A stretch of DNA of 63,452 nt, the filler included, from Octopus bimaculoides (taxonomy: Eukaryota), in NCBI RefSeq assembly GCF_001194135.2. It is 4 parts of 4 records of this genome, joined end to end, with 100 filler letters (N's around TTAATTAATTAA, not from the genome) between each part and the next. Parts side by side here need not be neighbours in the genome. Positions count along the whole stretch, not along the records: positions 1 to 27,795 come from NC_068997.1; positions 27,896 to 44,731 come from NC_069002.1; 2 more parts are not named here. One strand, written 5' to 3'. The position numbers were made by a program, and so were the translations under genes. Below are positions 26,064-38,655 of the stretch, one piece after another. The stretch's first letter is position 1, and every line of letters begins with the position of its first letter. The notes below the pieces were generated by a model. The model saw nothing but the letters and a program-made list of their open reading frames with translations, did not search any database and was not told where the DNA came from.

Positions 26064-26142
26064 GGTTAAAATGTATTCTAAGTATGTACTAAAAGTCATA
26101 ACTCAAATGACTTTTAATACATATTTAGAATACATTTTAACC
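26064..26142. repeat. 36-bp-arm inverted repeat (hairpin), 7-nt loop
   Basis: GGTTAAAATGTATTCTAAGTATGTACTAAAAGTCAT-AACTCAA-ATGACTTTTAATACATATTTAGAATACATTTTAACC; 34/36 complementary. Confidence 0.95.
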
Positions 26143-26295
26143 TGGTGTGTTTACGTCCCCATAACTTAGCGGTTCGGCGAGAAAGACCAATAGAATAAGT
26201 ACTAGGCTTACAAAGAATAAGTCCTGGAGTCGATTTGCTCGACTAAATGCGGTGCTCCAGCATGGCCACAGTGAAAAGACTGAAATAAGTAAAGG
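26143..26295 (+). mobile_element. SINE family A 3' half
   Basis: TGGTGTGTTTACGTCCCCATAACTTAGCGGTTCGGC...GGTGCTCCAGCATGGCC matches the reverse complement of 31560-31715. Confidence 0.88.
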
Positions 26296-26794
26296 AAAGG
26301 AAAGGAATGTACATGCATACATACATATTTATATATATACATACACACACATATATATACACATATCTTTGCAATATAGGAATACTACACTTTAACATAT
26401 GCATATATTGGGGTGAATGTATGTGCGCGTGGGTTTGTGTGCATGTGTATACTTGTGTGTCATATCTATCAAGTTTCTAAATGTTTATTAGCATTGTCTT
26501 AAATATGCAAACGTAATTATTCGATTCAAAATACCAACCTGTCATTTTATGATCACTCCAGATTCAACTTTTATGCATCGTTACAGCAGGCCCTGCACTT
26601 AAAAATAGAGAATTGTTATGAACAATGAGGAAAGAGTAACCTGAAACGTCAAGTGGACATAAACTCATACATATGCGCACCCATGCCCACATGACGCACA
26701 GATATATTGGCAATATCATAGAAGTATCAACAGAAATCTCATTCAGTTATATAGACATATGAATATAAACTTATAATGCCCTATATAAATAAGC

Positions 26795-26921
26795 GAAGGC
26801 ATGGCTGTGTGTTAGGAAGCTTGCTTCTCAAGCACATACTTCCGGGTTCAGTCTCACTTCGTGGCTCTTTGGGGAATTTTCTTCAACTATAACCTTGGGC
26901 CGAGGATTTGGTAGACGATAA

Positions 26922-26925
<4 letters not shown>
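26795..26925 (+). mobile_element. SINE family A head fragment (tRNA-like A/B boxes)
   Basis: ATGGCTGTGTGTTAGGAAGCTTGCTT...CCGGGTTCAGTCTCAC. Confidence 0.75.
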
Positions 26926-26959
<34 letters not shown>

Positions 26960-27004
26960 TTCAGTATATATATTCTTTTAATATTTATATAGACATTCCT
27001 TTAA

Positions 27005-27044
<40 letters not shown>

Positions 27045-27278
27045 CTATGTATTTATATTTACATAAAGACGGTGTCCTAGCATGGCCGCAGTCAAATGAC
27101 GGAAACAATAAAGAAATAAAACAATATATATACACATATATATATATATATATATATAAGAATGTATGTCTTTATATATAAATATAAATATATATGTATT
27201 TATGTGTATATGTGCGTGTGTGTATGTGTGTATGTGTGTATGTATCTATATATACATATGTATTTATAAATCAATGTA

Positions 27279-27759
27279 AGGCGCGTGGCTTAGTGGTTGG
27301 GATATTCGGCTCACGATCGTAAGCTCGTGAGTTCAATTCCCGGCGACGCATTGTGTTCCAGTCCACTAATGTGTAGTACCTGTATTTCAAGGGGCTAGTC
27401 TTGTCACACTCTGTGTCCGCTGAATCTCCCTGAGAACGGCGTTAAGGGTACTCATGACCGTGAAGTGCTCAACCACTTACACTTTAATTTCATTAGCAGC
27501 CTATTTCGTTGATCGTATCAGTTGGGACCCTCGTCGTCGTAACCTTCTATGTACGCACACACTGGAAAGGCAAAGGGAAAGGCAAAGGCCGATACAGCTT
27601 GGCACCTGTGACGTCACAACTCATTTCTACAGCTGAGTGAACTGGAGCAACGTGAAAGAAGCTGTCTTGCTCAAGAACACAACACGCAGCCAGGTCCGGG
27701 ATTCGAACTCACAACCCTACGATTGAAAGTTCGATGCTCTAACCACTGAGCCATGCGCT
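27279..27759. mobile_element. Two tRNA-headed SINEs of one family in convergent (inverted) orientation
   Basis: Plus head GCGTGGCTTAGTGGTT...GAGTTCAATTCCCGG (27281-27342). Minus head GCATGGCTCAGTGGTTAGAGC...GAGTTCGAATCCCGG (27696-27756). A- and B-box motifs in both. Confidence 0.8.
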
Positions 27760-27839
27760 TTCAGTACACACACACACACACACACAAATATATATNNNNN
27801 NNNNNNNNNNNNNNNNNNNNNNNNNNNNNNNNNNNNNNN

Positions 27840-27851
27840 TTAATTAATTAA
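27840..27851. other. Assembly linker TTAATTAATTAA between N runs (also 44776-44787 and 52430-52441); artefact
   Basis: The identical palindromic 12-mer, with stops in all six frames, is isolated between N blocks three times. Confidence 0.9.
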
Positions 27852-29218
27852 NNNNNNNNNNNNNNNNNNNNNNNNNNNNNNNNNNNNNNNNNNNNTGGTG
27901 GAGGGGTGTTGGCGATGGTGGTGCTAGTCGTTGTCGGTGTGGGTGTGGGTGTTGGTCAGTTCTATTGTTGAGTTGATCTATGATGACACTCTAGTCGTGA
28001 CCACCGCAAACTTTCTGTAACCGAATACAGTAGTTCTAACATAAAACTATCCAGTATATCCCACTTATTATTATTATTTATTTTTTTTTTTTGGCAAAGC
28101 AGGTTAGATATAATTTGAGGGAGATTCGGCAGTCATTTTTAGCAGGTGAAACGATGCTACTGAGCAGCGATTGCCAACCTTTTCTGCACCATTCCGTCCG
28201 TGCTCCTAAACAGCGTCCAGATCAAATCGCACCGAAATAAACCAGAAGAGACGCCGTGGAATGCTTATAAACAGACGCCGGTCTGGGAGAGCTTGGCTGT
28301 CCGGAGCTAAACAACATCGTCGTCGTCGTCATCATCATCATCACCATCGTAACAACAATCATCATCAACAACATCCACAATCATAATCATCGTCGTCACC
28401 GTCTGTTATCAGCATCAGCATCACCATCACCGCCATCACCACCACCACCAACACCATTACCATCATCATCGTCGTCGTCGTCATCACAATCTTCATCATC
28501 ATCATCATCATCATCACCATCATCAACAGCAACAACAACGAAAACAACAAGAACAAACGTGCAATTCCCTCCGCAACCATTATCAATGAATTCAGTAACT
28601 ACTGNNNNNNNNNNNNNNNNNNNNNNNNNNNNNNNNNNNNNNNNNNNNNNNNNNNNNNNNNNNNNNNNNNNNNNNNNNNNNNNNNNNNNNNNNNNNNNNN
28701 NNNNNNNNNNNNNNNNNNNNNNNNNNNNNNNNNNNNNNNNNNNNNNNNNNNNNNNNNNNNNNNNNNNNNNNNNNNNNNNNNNNNNNNNNNNNNNNNNNNN
28801 NNNNNNNNNNNNNNNNNNNNNNNNNNNNNNNNNNNNNNNNNNNNNNNNNNNNNNNNNNNNNNNNNNNNNNNNNNNNNNNNNNNNNNNNNNNNNNNNNNNN
28901 NNNNNNNNNNNNNNNNNNNNNNNNNNNNNNNNNNNNNNNNNNNNNNNNNNNNNNNNNNNNNNNNNNNNNNNNNNNNNNNNNNNNNNNNNNNNNNNNNNNN
29001 NNNNNNNNNNNNNNNNNNNNNNNNNNNNNNNNNNNNNNNNNNNNNNNNNNNNNNNNNNNNNNNNNNNNNNNNNNNNNNNNNNNNNNNNNNNNNNNNNNNN
29101 NNNNNNNNNNNNNNNNNNNNNNNNNNNNNNNNNNNNNNNNNNNNNNNNNNNNNNNNNNNNNNNNNNNNNNNNNNNNNNNNNNNNNNNNNNNNNNNNNNNN
29201 NNNNNNNNNNNNNNNNNN

Positions 29219-29262
<44 letters not shown>

Positions 29263-30149
29263 TTACGCACACGTACACACACATATTGACACACCGAAAC
29301 ACACGTATTCCTATTTATACCACCACATCATTTGATATCGTTTCAATACCGCTGTGTAGAATATCCAGTGATGTAAAGTTAATTTCTATCCTACTTCTAC
29401 AGTCCAGACAACACACCCCTGGAGACTCTAAAACGAGCAAAACTCTGCTTTATGCTCCAGGATCACAAAGGGAACACAGAGACATAATTATTAGCTCGGT
29501 CTCTTCCTTAGTCGAAATGTCGGTTTGTAATGATGTTCGCTAATTCGGTTAAGCTTGCTTGTCGCTGCTGCCGTGGTTAGAAACGTTGGTGTTGTTATTG
29601 TTGTTGTTGTTGTTGTTGTTGCTTTTGTCCGAGTTGGTGTTGTTGTTGTTGTTGTTGGTGTTGTTGTCGAAATTGTTGTCGTTGTGCTTGTTGCTAACGA
29701 TGTTGCTGTTTTAGTTATGGCTGTCGTTGTTGTTCCTATTGTTGGTGCTTATTGCATTTCTTATGTCAGTTACGACACGGTTGGCCTCGTGGTGGTCTGA
29801 TGATGATGATGATGGTGATGATGGTGATGGTGGTGGTGGTGGTGGTGGTGGTGGTGGTGGTGGTGGTGATCAGGATAAGGACGAAAAGGGCGGAGTAGAT
29901 GAACAATTGTGATGATGATGATGATGATGAGGAGGAGGAGGAGGAGGAGGAGGAGATGAACAGCTGTAATGATGATAACGATGACGATGAGGAGCTCCTG
30001 AATTGGTGTGATGTTGACAATGGTCATGAGTGTGATGATGGTGACCATGCTGATGGGGAAGAGGAGAGGAGGAGAAGGAGAAGAAGGAGCGGAGGAAGAA
30101 GAGGAAGAGATGCGGAAGACGAGAAGGAAGAGAAAGAGAAGAAGGAAGA

Positions 30150-30520
30150 TAAACTTGGTAGAGTCTCCTACTGGAACCCGCAGTATCGTCGGACGCTCAC
30201 TGCTCTGTCAGTCAGCGGAAGTTCTACGATAGTAATACCTAGAGATTCAGTTGTTGGTAAGAGCGATGTCCTCCTCGGGAAAACTCTGGGCATCAACGAA
30301 AATGAATTAGTGTAGCTATTTTGGAGGACTATTTCGGGCTCGGTACTGCAATGGATAATTTTCTAGAAATCCCTGGCTATCGAGGACCACTGCCAGTTCG
30401 ATATAAACTCTACAGGCCTGGAAGCGCTGTCAGGTAGGACTGTCTGAGATGTGTGTCGGGCGACGAAACCGTTCAGCACATATTCGCGCTGAGTCCGAGT
30501 ATGGCTGGCTTGCTGAATTA
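30150..30520 (+). mobile_element. Tx1 ORF2 C-terminal fragment, decayed
   Basis: GKSDVLLGKTLGINENEL resembles AKSDDVLGETLGIYENQL of the long copy. GCGACGAAACCGTTC is shared with the 52640 copy. Confidence 0.7.
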
Positions 30521-30559
30521 TGTCAAACAGCTTAATTTAGTCATTAGTTTTCAAAGGTT

Positions 30560-31320
30560 TGTGGCCGTTCAAGTTCTTTTGTAACTGTGTCAGCGTCTAA
30601 CACGCCTGAATTCAAGATGTCCACGTTCCCTATTTGGAAAGTGGCCTTGGCACCCTTATCAAGTCCAATTTCCATCCCGATGTTATTACTGAAAGCTTTC
30701 ACAGAAAGTAATAAGCCTTCGAGCCCATCATTGTCTTTGCTGCATGAAACAGGTGGCTTATTTTCTTGTTGACAATTTTATACCCATACCCTGTTCTGTT
30801 AAGTTCACTCATAAAAGTTATTAAAGCTATGCAAAAAAATTAGTGGCAAATGCGAATCACCTTGGAAAATGCCACAGTTGATGCTAACACTGTTTGAAGC
30901 TAGTATTCCATTGAGATGGTATAATTGGAGATTCGTGTTCCACAATGACATATTATGCTTCAGAAAGCTTGAAATTACAGGAGAAATTTTGAAGATGTCC
31001 AGCGATTTCATGTTTTCAGTGATTTCATCGGAACGCTGTTGAAAGCCTTTGTGTAATCAATCCATGCGAAACTAGGATTTCTACGCTCGTTTGTTGTGGC
31101 AATTCTCAAGGATCATGCGATTAATTAGAAGTTGATCTTTGCATCCATATGAACCCTGACGACACTCTTTTTGTTCTGTGGGGAAAATATTGTTCTCTTC
31201 ATAAAAGCATGTTTTCTCCACGAAGATGGATGTCATAAGTGGTGGATAGACACGTTATGGGCCGATATTTTCTTTTCGAACTTTGATTTCATTATTCTTT
31301 GAGGATAGGTAAGAATACCA
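30560..31320 (-). mobile_element. R4/Dong RT-domain fragment
   Basis: Minus-strand EENNIFPTEQKECRQGSYGCKDQLLINRMILENCH, SINCGIFQGDSHLPLIF. Confidence 0.75.
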
Positions 31321-31364
31321 CTTATACTGATAAGGACCGTAGCCCCCCGAAAGCATCTGTCGAG

Positions 31365-31421
31365 AAATCCCTATACTGATCGGTCAGTTTCGGCTAATTC
31401 CGTAGCCTCATCAGTGAGAAT
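31365..31421 (-). ncRNA. Type I hammerhead ribozyme with fully formed stem III
   Basis: Minus strand ATTCTCA-CTGATGA-GGCTA CGGAAT TAGCC-GAAA-CTGA CCGA TCAG-TA-TAGGGAT: canonical core, 5-bp stem II, 4-bp stem III, imperfect (bulged) stem I. Confidence 0.8.
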
Positions 31422-31544
31422 GGCTCGATTCGGCTGTTTCTGGGCTTAATTCTCTGTCAGTCCATATGTATTCACCATAAAAATCTATAGATGATTTAGC
31501 GAATCGCTAATGTGTGTATGTGTGAGTGTGTGTATATATATATT

Positions 31545-31755
31545 ACTCTTTACTCTTTTACTTGTTTCAGTCATTTGACTGCGGCCATGCTGGAGCACCG
31601 CCTTTTAGTCGAGAAAATTGACCCCAGGACTTATTCTTTGTAACCCTAGTACTTATTCTGTCGGTCTCTTTTTGCCGAACCGCTAAGTTACGGGGACGTA
31701 AACACACCAGCATCGGTTGTCAAGCGATGGTGGAGGGACAAACACAGACACACAA

Positions 31756-31786
<31 letters not shown>

Positions 31787-31958
31787 CATATATATGACGG
31801 GCTTCTTTCAGTTTCCGTCTACCAAATCCACTCACAAGGCTTTGGTCGGCCCGAGGCTATAGTAGAAGACACTTGCCCAAGGTGCCACGCAGTGGGACTG
31901 AACCCGGAACCATGTGGTTGGTAGGCAAGCTACTTACCACGCAGCCACTCCTACGCCT
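31545..31958 (-). mobile_element. tRNA-derived SINE family A (CORE-like CCTTGGGCAAGT block), intact copy
   Basis: Minus strand GTGGCTGCGTGGTAAGTAGCTTGCC...GGTTCAGTCCCACTGCGTGGCACCTTGGGCAAGTG, internal (TA)/(GT) tract, AAAAGAGT repeat tail. More than 10 partial copies in the window. Confidence 0.9.
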
Positions 31959-32039
31959 ATATATGTATATATATATGCATATATATATATTTGTATATAT
32001 GTATATGTGTGTATCTGTATGTATGTATAAACGCACGTA

Positions 32040-32095
<56 letters not shown>

Positions 32096-32585
32096 TACAC
32101 ACATACATACACCACATGCACGAATAATAGGACCACACAGAATCTGGTTTTAAATTGATGGTAAAAAGAATATTTTTTTACTCCTCGAAACAGTATTTGG
32201 CTTTTAAATATGATTAACAAATTTGAAATTGTTGATGTTAAAAATAATTAGGAAATGCGACATAATTAAATAGCAGGAGAGATTTTGTTTCCAATAGCGA
32301 TGTAGAGGTATGACTGATTGTTAGGCGGTGGTGTTGATGGAAACGTCGACGACGACGATGATAATAAAGAGTGATGATGATGATGACAATAGTGATGATG
32401 ACAATGATGATGATGGTGATGATGACAGTAGTGATAATGAAAATGGAAGTTAATTATCCAATAATATAACATATTAACTTAGAAGTCTTTACTTAATATA
32501 ATTTCATGAAAATGGACTGAGAAACAAAAACAAGAAAAACTGAAGGGGAGAAAGAACAAATTACTACTACTACTGCTGCTGCTTC

Positions 32586-32627
<42 letters not shown>

Positions 32628-33437
32628 GGTTAGGAAGAGGCAAGTGGTATGAGCACAAAATAGTGAGGGTGGCGGGGTCAGAGACCTGCATAATCCTGTG
32701 GGTTTTCCCAATCCAAGCAGACCAGTGATTGAGATGGGTTCCTTTCAGTTTCCGTCGGATTGAACTCAGAACCATATACATATATTTACACGACGGTCTT
32801 CTTTCAGTTTCCGTCTACCAAATCAGTCCACACGATTTGGTCGGCCCGAGGCTATAAGTAGAAGACACTTGCCCAAGGTGCCGCGCAGTGAAACTGAACC
32901 CGAACGCAACACGGTCACAAAGCGAGCTTCGTGGCCATACAGTCATGCCTACGCTTGAGTTACAATTTCATCAATTTATTAAGTTCTAATTTTAAAATAT
33001 ACAAATTAAATATTGCTGTTTTTGTTGTCCTTCATGTTGATTTGTTCTCATGATTTTTTAGAGCGATTGCCAGAAATTGTGTGATGAAATCTTTGTCCTA
33101 CACGAGTTCAGATTGTAACTTGACGTTTTAAACTTAACATTGGTGTCAGAACATAGCAGAAACACACACACACACACACACACGTATACATATACAGACA
33201 CACTCAAACTCATACATGTAAACACAGCACACATAAGGAACGTACTTCTTAACATACACCTGTATACAGACACAGATAGACGTGTACATAAGCACACACA
33301 CACACACACACACATACACACACACACACAACACACACACACATATATATATATATACACATACTCATGCACTCGCACACGCACATGTATATATAAATAC
33401 ACTCACGTACACACTTATGTACAACAGTATATATATG

Positions 33438-33470
<33 letters not shown>

Positions 33471-34375
33471 TTTTAACCACCCTACACAAATACACACACA
33501 CACTCATATACGTACATAGAATTATTTTACACAAACTGTAACACAGAAACTTTCACACACGTTCTTTTTCCTTCACACTCTCTCAGACATTTTTTCTCCC
33601 TTTTTCTCTCACACACTTTCTTTCTCACCCTCTCTCTCTCTCTCACCCACTCTCTCTCCCTTTTTTATATTTCTCTCCCTCACTCTCTTTCTCTTCCTGT
33701 CCCTCTTATACACACAGACATAAACAAATACACTAACACACCAATCTGCAACCAACACTGTACAAATGCATAAAATTGACAGCAACAAATATAATTTTAT
33801 ATGACACTAACTGAAAAGTTACCAAATCAAAAATATATTTAAGCGTGGGATCTCCAGAGAATTTTCCCAAAATATCTTCATCAGGCATCAAATATAAAAC
33901 TGATGATAAATAATATAACTGCAACGAGAGAAAGTTATCACAATTTTTATATATATTCTCTGTCTTTAATATTAAACGTATGAAAATTTTTTTTAGCTAA
34001 GGTCTGTTATTTATCATAGAGATTAAACTTAGTATCTACGTGTGTGTGCATGTATGTGCGTATATTTACACGCACACATGTACAGGATGAGTTTAATGTG
34101 AACTACATTTATCCTCTTGATGTATTTCGTATTAAGCGATAATATTTATTTTCGGATTTAACATGCGTATATATAGGCGCATGCACGTTTGTGAGTGTAT
34201 TATATGTTTATGTATACATACATAGATGCAATAGATATGTGCATATATATATATTAAATGCATATATGCACTGGCGGTGTCCTAGCATGGCCGCAGCCTC
34301 AAGGCTGAAGCATATAAAAGAATATATATATANNNNNNNNNNTATATATATATATATATATATATATATAGGCAT

Positions 34376-34411
<36 letters not shown>

Positions 34412-35810
34412 ATACACACACACACATACACTAGAAGAAATTGCTTTGAGAAGTTTATCATGAACAAAAGAATATTTCATCCGATACCGTTTTCAATCGT
34501 TTTAAAAGGCAATGTAGTCATGCCATAAGAGAAGGGGAAATAAATTGAAATGAATTGAATATTGTTGTCTTTGTTGTCCTTCGTGTTGATTTATTGACAT
34601 AATTTGTAGAGCGATTGGCCGTAATTATATTTTGAGCATAACTTGTCGTTAACAACTTCAAATTCTAACTTGACAGTTTAAATTTTCTCAACATTGCCGT
34701 CAAAATAAATCAGAACTCAGTGAACATATATACATACACATGAAGGTAACAAACAACCAAATTGTAGTCCTTGTGGCACTGTGCCCCGGGAATAAACATA
34801 ATTCATGGTTGAAATGTGTTTCTCGTAGGTTTACTTATGGCCGAAGAATAGCAACATTTTCCAGTTTGTCCTTCTCTAAGGTGATAGACTGGAAGAGCTG
34901 GAAAGATTCGGCTGTTATTTCAGACTGGGATCAAAGGACCACAAAGTGCAGTCATGAGCAAATTATAACCTGCATGATATGATGATGGAAGACAAGAGTG
35001 AAAGAAATTTGTCTGCTATTTCTAGCTAGCTCGAAGGACCATATAAACTCTATGCAGTCATGGGCTAATTGCGTCCCGCGGCCATTCTTAATGGCACACA
35101 CAAGGAAAAATTTCCTTGACATTTTTAGTAGTGTGGTCCACCTGGTAATGAATCATGTCTCTTGCGGCCCGCGTCTCAAAACGGATACCCATGCTTGCTC
35201 TATGCACGCGTGGGTAAACTGTGGCCCGCGGTACTTTCTGAAAGGCACACTTAACAGAAAATTACCTTGAGTGTTTTACGCGTGTGGGCCACCTGATGAG
35301 GAGCTATGTGTCAAGCGGTTCGATTCTCAAAAGAAGCTGCCCAAGGCTGTTGTTATTGAACGTGTTTTATTGGATCATGCGAACCATGCATGGTCGGTTT
35401 TGATAAGCGATCGATTCTCGCAGCTCACTCACCCCACTTCCGGCTCCAATGTCGTTGCTCGGCATCATAACAAGTCCGTTTAATGATTGAAAACAGTTCG
35501 ATAGATTAACGATTGAGAGGAGGTTTTTGATATCGCCTGCCTTTTAATGACCGAGAAACATTAAGGACAAACCTATTGAAAACGTGAAATAAAAGACAAA
35601 ACAAAAGAAAAAGAAACAAGATCAACAATATAAACAGAAACGATAAAAGCAACGAATGCGAAACAGCAAAGATGGCGAGATAAATAAACGAAACAAGTTT
35701 TACTACCGACCTTGAGTGAATTATACTAACAGCAAAGGCAACAACAACAAAAATAACAGCAGCAGTAGCAACAACAACAACAACAACAACGACAACACAA
35801 CAACAACAAC

Positions 35811-35842
<32 letters not shown>

Positions 35843-35843
<1 letters not shown>

Positions 35844-36059
35844 CATCCTTTCTAATGTAGGCACAAAGCCTGAAATTTGGGGGAGGGATATTATCGATTA
35901 CATCAACTCCAGTACTCAACTGGTACTTAATTTATCGACCCCCGAAATGATGAAAGGCAAAGTCGACCTCGGTGGAATTTGAACTCAGAGCGTAAAGGCA
36001 GACGAAATGCCGCTAAGCATTTCCCCCGGTGAGCTAACGATTCTCCAGTTGGCCGCCTT
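35843..36059 (-). mobile_element. SINE family B
   Basis: TCGACCCCGAAATGATGAAAGGCAAAGTCGACCTCGGTGGAATTTGAACTCAGA is shared with 58860-58920 and, inverted, with 41560-41620. Confidence 0.85.
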
Positions 36060-37671
36060 AATAAAAACAACAACAAAAGACCACCAATAATAATAATAAT
36101 AATAATAATAATGATAATAATAATAATAATAGACTGGAAGAAACCATTGGTGTGGTGGTACAGGTGACGGTGATGGATCTATATTGGTAGAGAACAAGAA
36201 ACCTAACGAATTTCTGCTACGGCACCTGTAACCTTGCAATGAGAGACCAGGAAGTCATTTCAAGTCCATTTTGTCAGCAAATGGCTTTGTTCGCTGAGAA
36301 TGCACATCTTTCAAGTGTTTAAACTGGCAACATGTATCAGTTTTCGGATATCTCAATATCGATTTATTGTCTCTTCGATCTTCGTTTTGCGCTCGTTTGC
36401 TTGTTTGTTGGTGTTGGTTTGATTTTGTTTAATCTTTGTTTGTTCCTTTGTTATATATGCACCTATATATACATATAAACACATACACACATACATTTGC
36501 TGACAAACATTCGTATATATGTATGTATGAACATACACACACACACACATACACATATATACATATATAGGTAACACATATGTATAAACACACATACACA
36601 TGCGTGTGCGTGTGCGTGTGTGTTTTTATTGGACGTTTTAAGTAGAAGTGATAGACACTCTCTAGCAATATTTTCAATGTAGTTTTTTTGTGTTGGTTAT
36701 TGAACATAAAATATTGGATGTTAGGCATAAGTGTTCCTGGATAATAAATATAATGAAACATTGATCGTTTTCCTGTTGTTAACTTTGCCAGATCCTTACA
36801 AGTAATTGAAAACTTAGGTATTCAAATTCATTCTCCTGTTATTACCGTTCTAGTTATTGTTGTTATTGTCGTCTTTATTATTGTTTACGCTGCATGTTTT
36901 TCTTATGAAGATTATCCTCTGTTCGATCACTCCTCCAATAAAATACATTTCTACCTGTAGCCATTTCATCTGTTTTATCTTATTTAGGGTCACATACATT
37001 ATCCACTGTGTGCTTAAAAAAATACTGGGGTAGATTTCGCTGCTATTTGTAGCGGATACTGTGAGTGTATGAAGAGCAGAATGAAAGCAACGAACTACAT
37101 AGATATTCTAGAAAACACTTGGCCAAGGTGCCATGCAATGGGACTGAACCCGAGTAAACTTCTCACCGCACAACCACGCCTGCACCTCATTACATTTAAC
37201 AGCTATAAACAAAGGTTCAAATACTCAGCCATGCCGTGGACCCAGCAGGACTGAATGTTTGAGAAGTTGCTTCACAGCGATGAGGTTTCGTGTACAACCT
37301 CGTTGCATTATATCATGAGCAACTGTCTTTTAACATAGCCGCCATCAGTATAAAATTATGTGGACAGAAACTGTATAGAAGCCCACCGAATTGATTGTGT
37401 CTGTAATTCTCGCTGTATCGCGCTGACTTGATAAATCAAAGAACGTTATGCTAAGAGAACGTGTATTTACGTGCTAATTCAAAGAACGTGAAATTCAGTT
37501 GATCGAACCGTCGAAACCGACGAAGGACCTATGATACATGTATGTATCTAAGTGTTACTGTGTGGTTATAATTCTTGCTATCCTTTTCATAACGGAAAGA
37601 CGTTTATTTTTCATGCTTTTATTTTCCTCTTTATAAGGCAAGATTTATCTGCAGAAAGAATAATGAGAAAC

Positions 37672-37726
<55 letters not shown>

Positions 37727-38145
37727 AATAAAAGAGAAAAGAAAAGAAAAGAGAAGAGGCAGGAAGGAAGGAAGGATGGGAGATAACCTAAACATACATC
37801 AAGTGTTTTCTAATTCTTCTTTCTCTTTCTTTCTGTTGCTCTGCGAGGAAGAACTACAAAGATAAAGAAATTGGCGTCTTTTACCAATACAGGAATGCTT
37901 TTTCTCCAAGCGACAGGTAACACAAGATTCAACAAGATTTTTCAAGAGGAATCTCCAAGAGAATGGTAAAAGAGTAAATGCGTGTTGAAGTATTTCTACA
38001 AGACATTGTTGTCTGCACGTAACAGCGTAGATACGGCGCAAATATTAAACAATTCCAATATCTACATATTTATCTCAGAAATCTCCCTCCCTCCCTCTTT
38101 ACTCTCTCCCCTTCTCTCTCTCTCTTTCTCTCTCTTTCTTTCTAG

Positions 38146-38179
<34 letters not shown>

Positions 38180-38504
38180 CTATTCATCTGTATGAATGGA
38201 TATTCATTCCTTTGTCTCGCTGTTCTCTGTCGTTGTCTCCCTTTTACTCTCTGTATGCGTGTATGTGCAAATATACACACACGCACACACACGCGCACGC
38301 ACACAAACACACACACACACACACACACACATGCACACACACAAAGAAAAGATATGGGGATATACATATATGTGTGAATATGTATGTGTGTGTATGTATA
38401 TGTATATGTAAGTATGTATATATAGATGCATACATATAGGTACAACAGACTGACAGACGTACAGATAGATAGATGGATAGATAGATTTATATTTATATAC
38501 ATAC

Positions 38505-38655
38505 TCTTTTTGCTCTTTTACTTGTTTCAGTCATTTGACTGTGGCCATGCTGGAGCACCGCCTTTTGTCGAGCAAATCGACCCCAGGACTTATTCTTTTG
38601 TAAGCCTAGTACTTATTTTATCGGTCTGTTTTGCCGAACCGCTAGATTACGGGGG
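38505..38655 (-). mobile_element. SINE family A fragment, interrupted by Tx1 sequence
   Basis: Matches 31550-31705, then switches abruptly to Tx1 coding sequence after GAAAACACC. Confidence 0.85.

Noticed and set aside
27279-27345. tRNA genes or CRISPR-like repeat-spacer arrays anywhere in the window
   Set aside because: tRNA-like segments have A/B boxes but no complete cloverleaf and continue into SINE bodies. No constant repeat with unique spacers was seen.
27840-27851. Recurrent TTAATTAATTAA islands (also 44776, 52430) as a biological motif
   Set aside because: Always isolated between N runs; a six-frame-stop scaffolding linker.
31325-31363. Plus-strand CTGATAA...GAAA...GTC as a second ribozyme
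   Set aside because: Uncompensated core and poor stems; better explained as a deleted copy of the minus-strand repeat.
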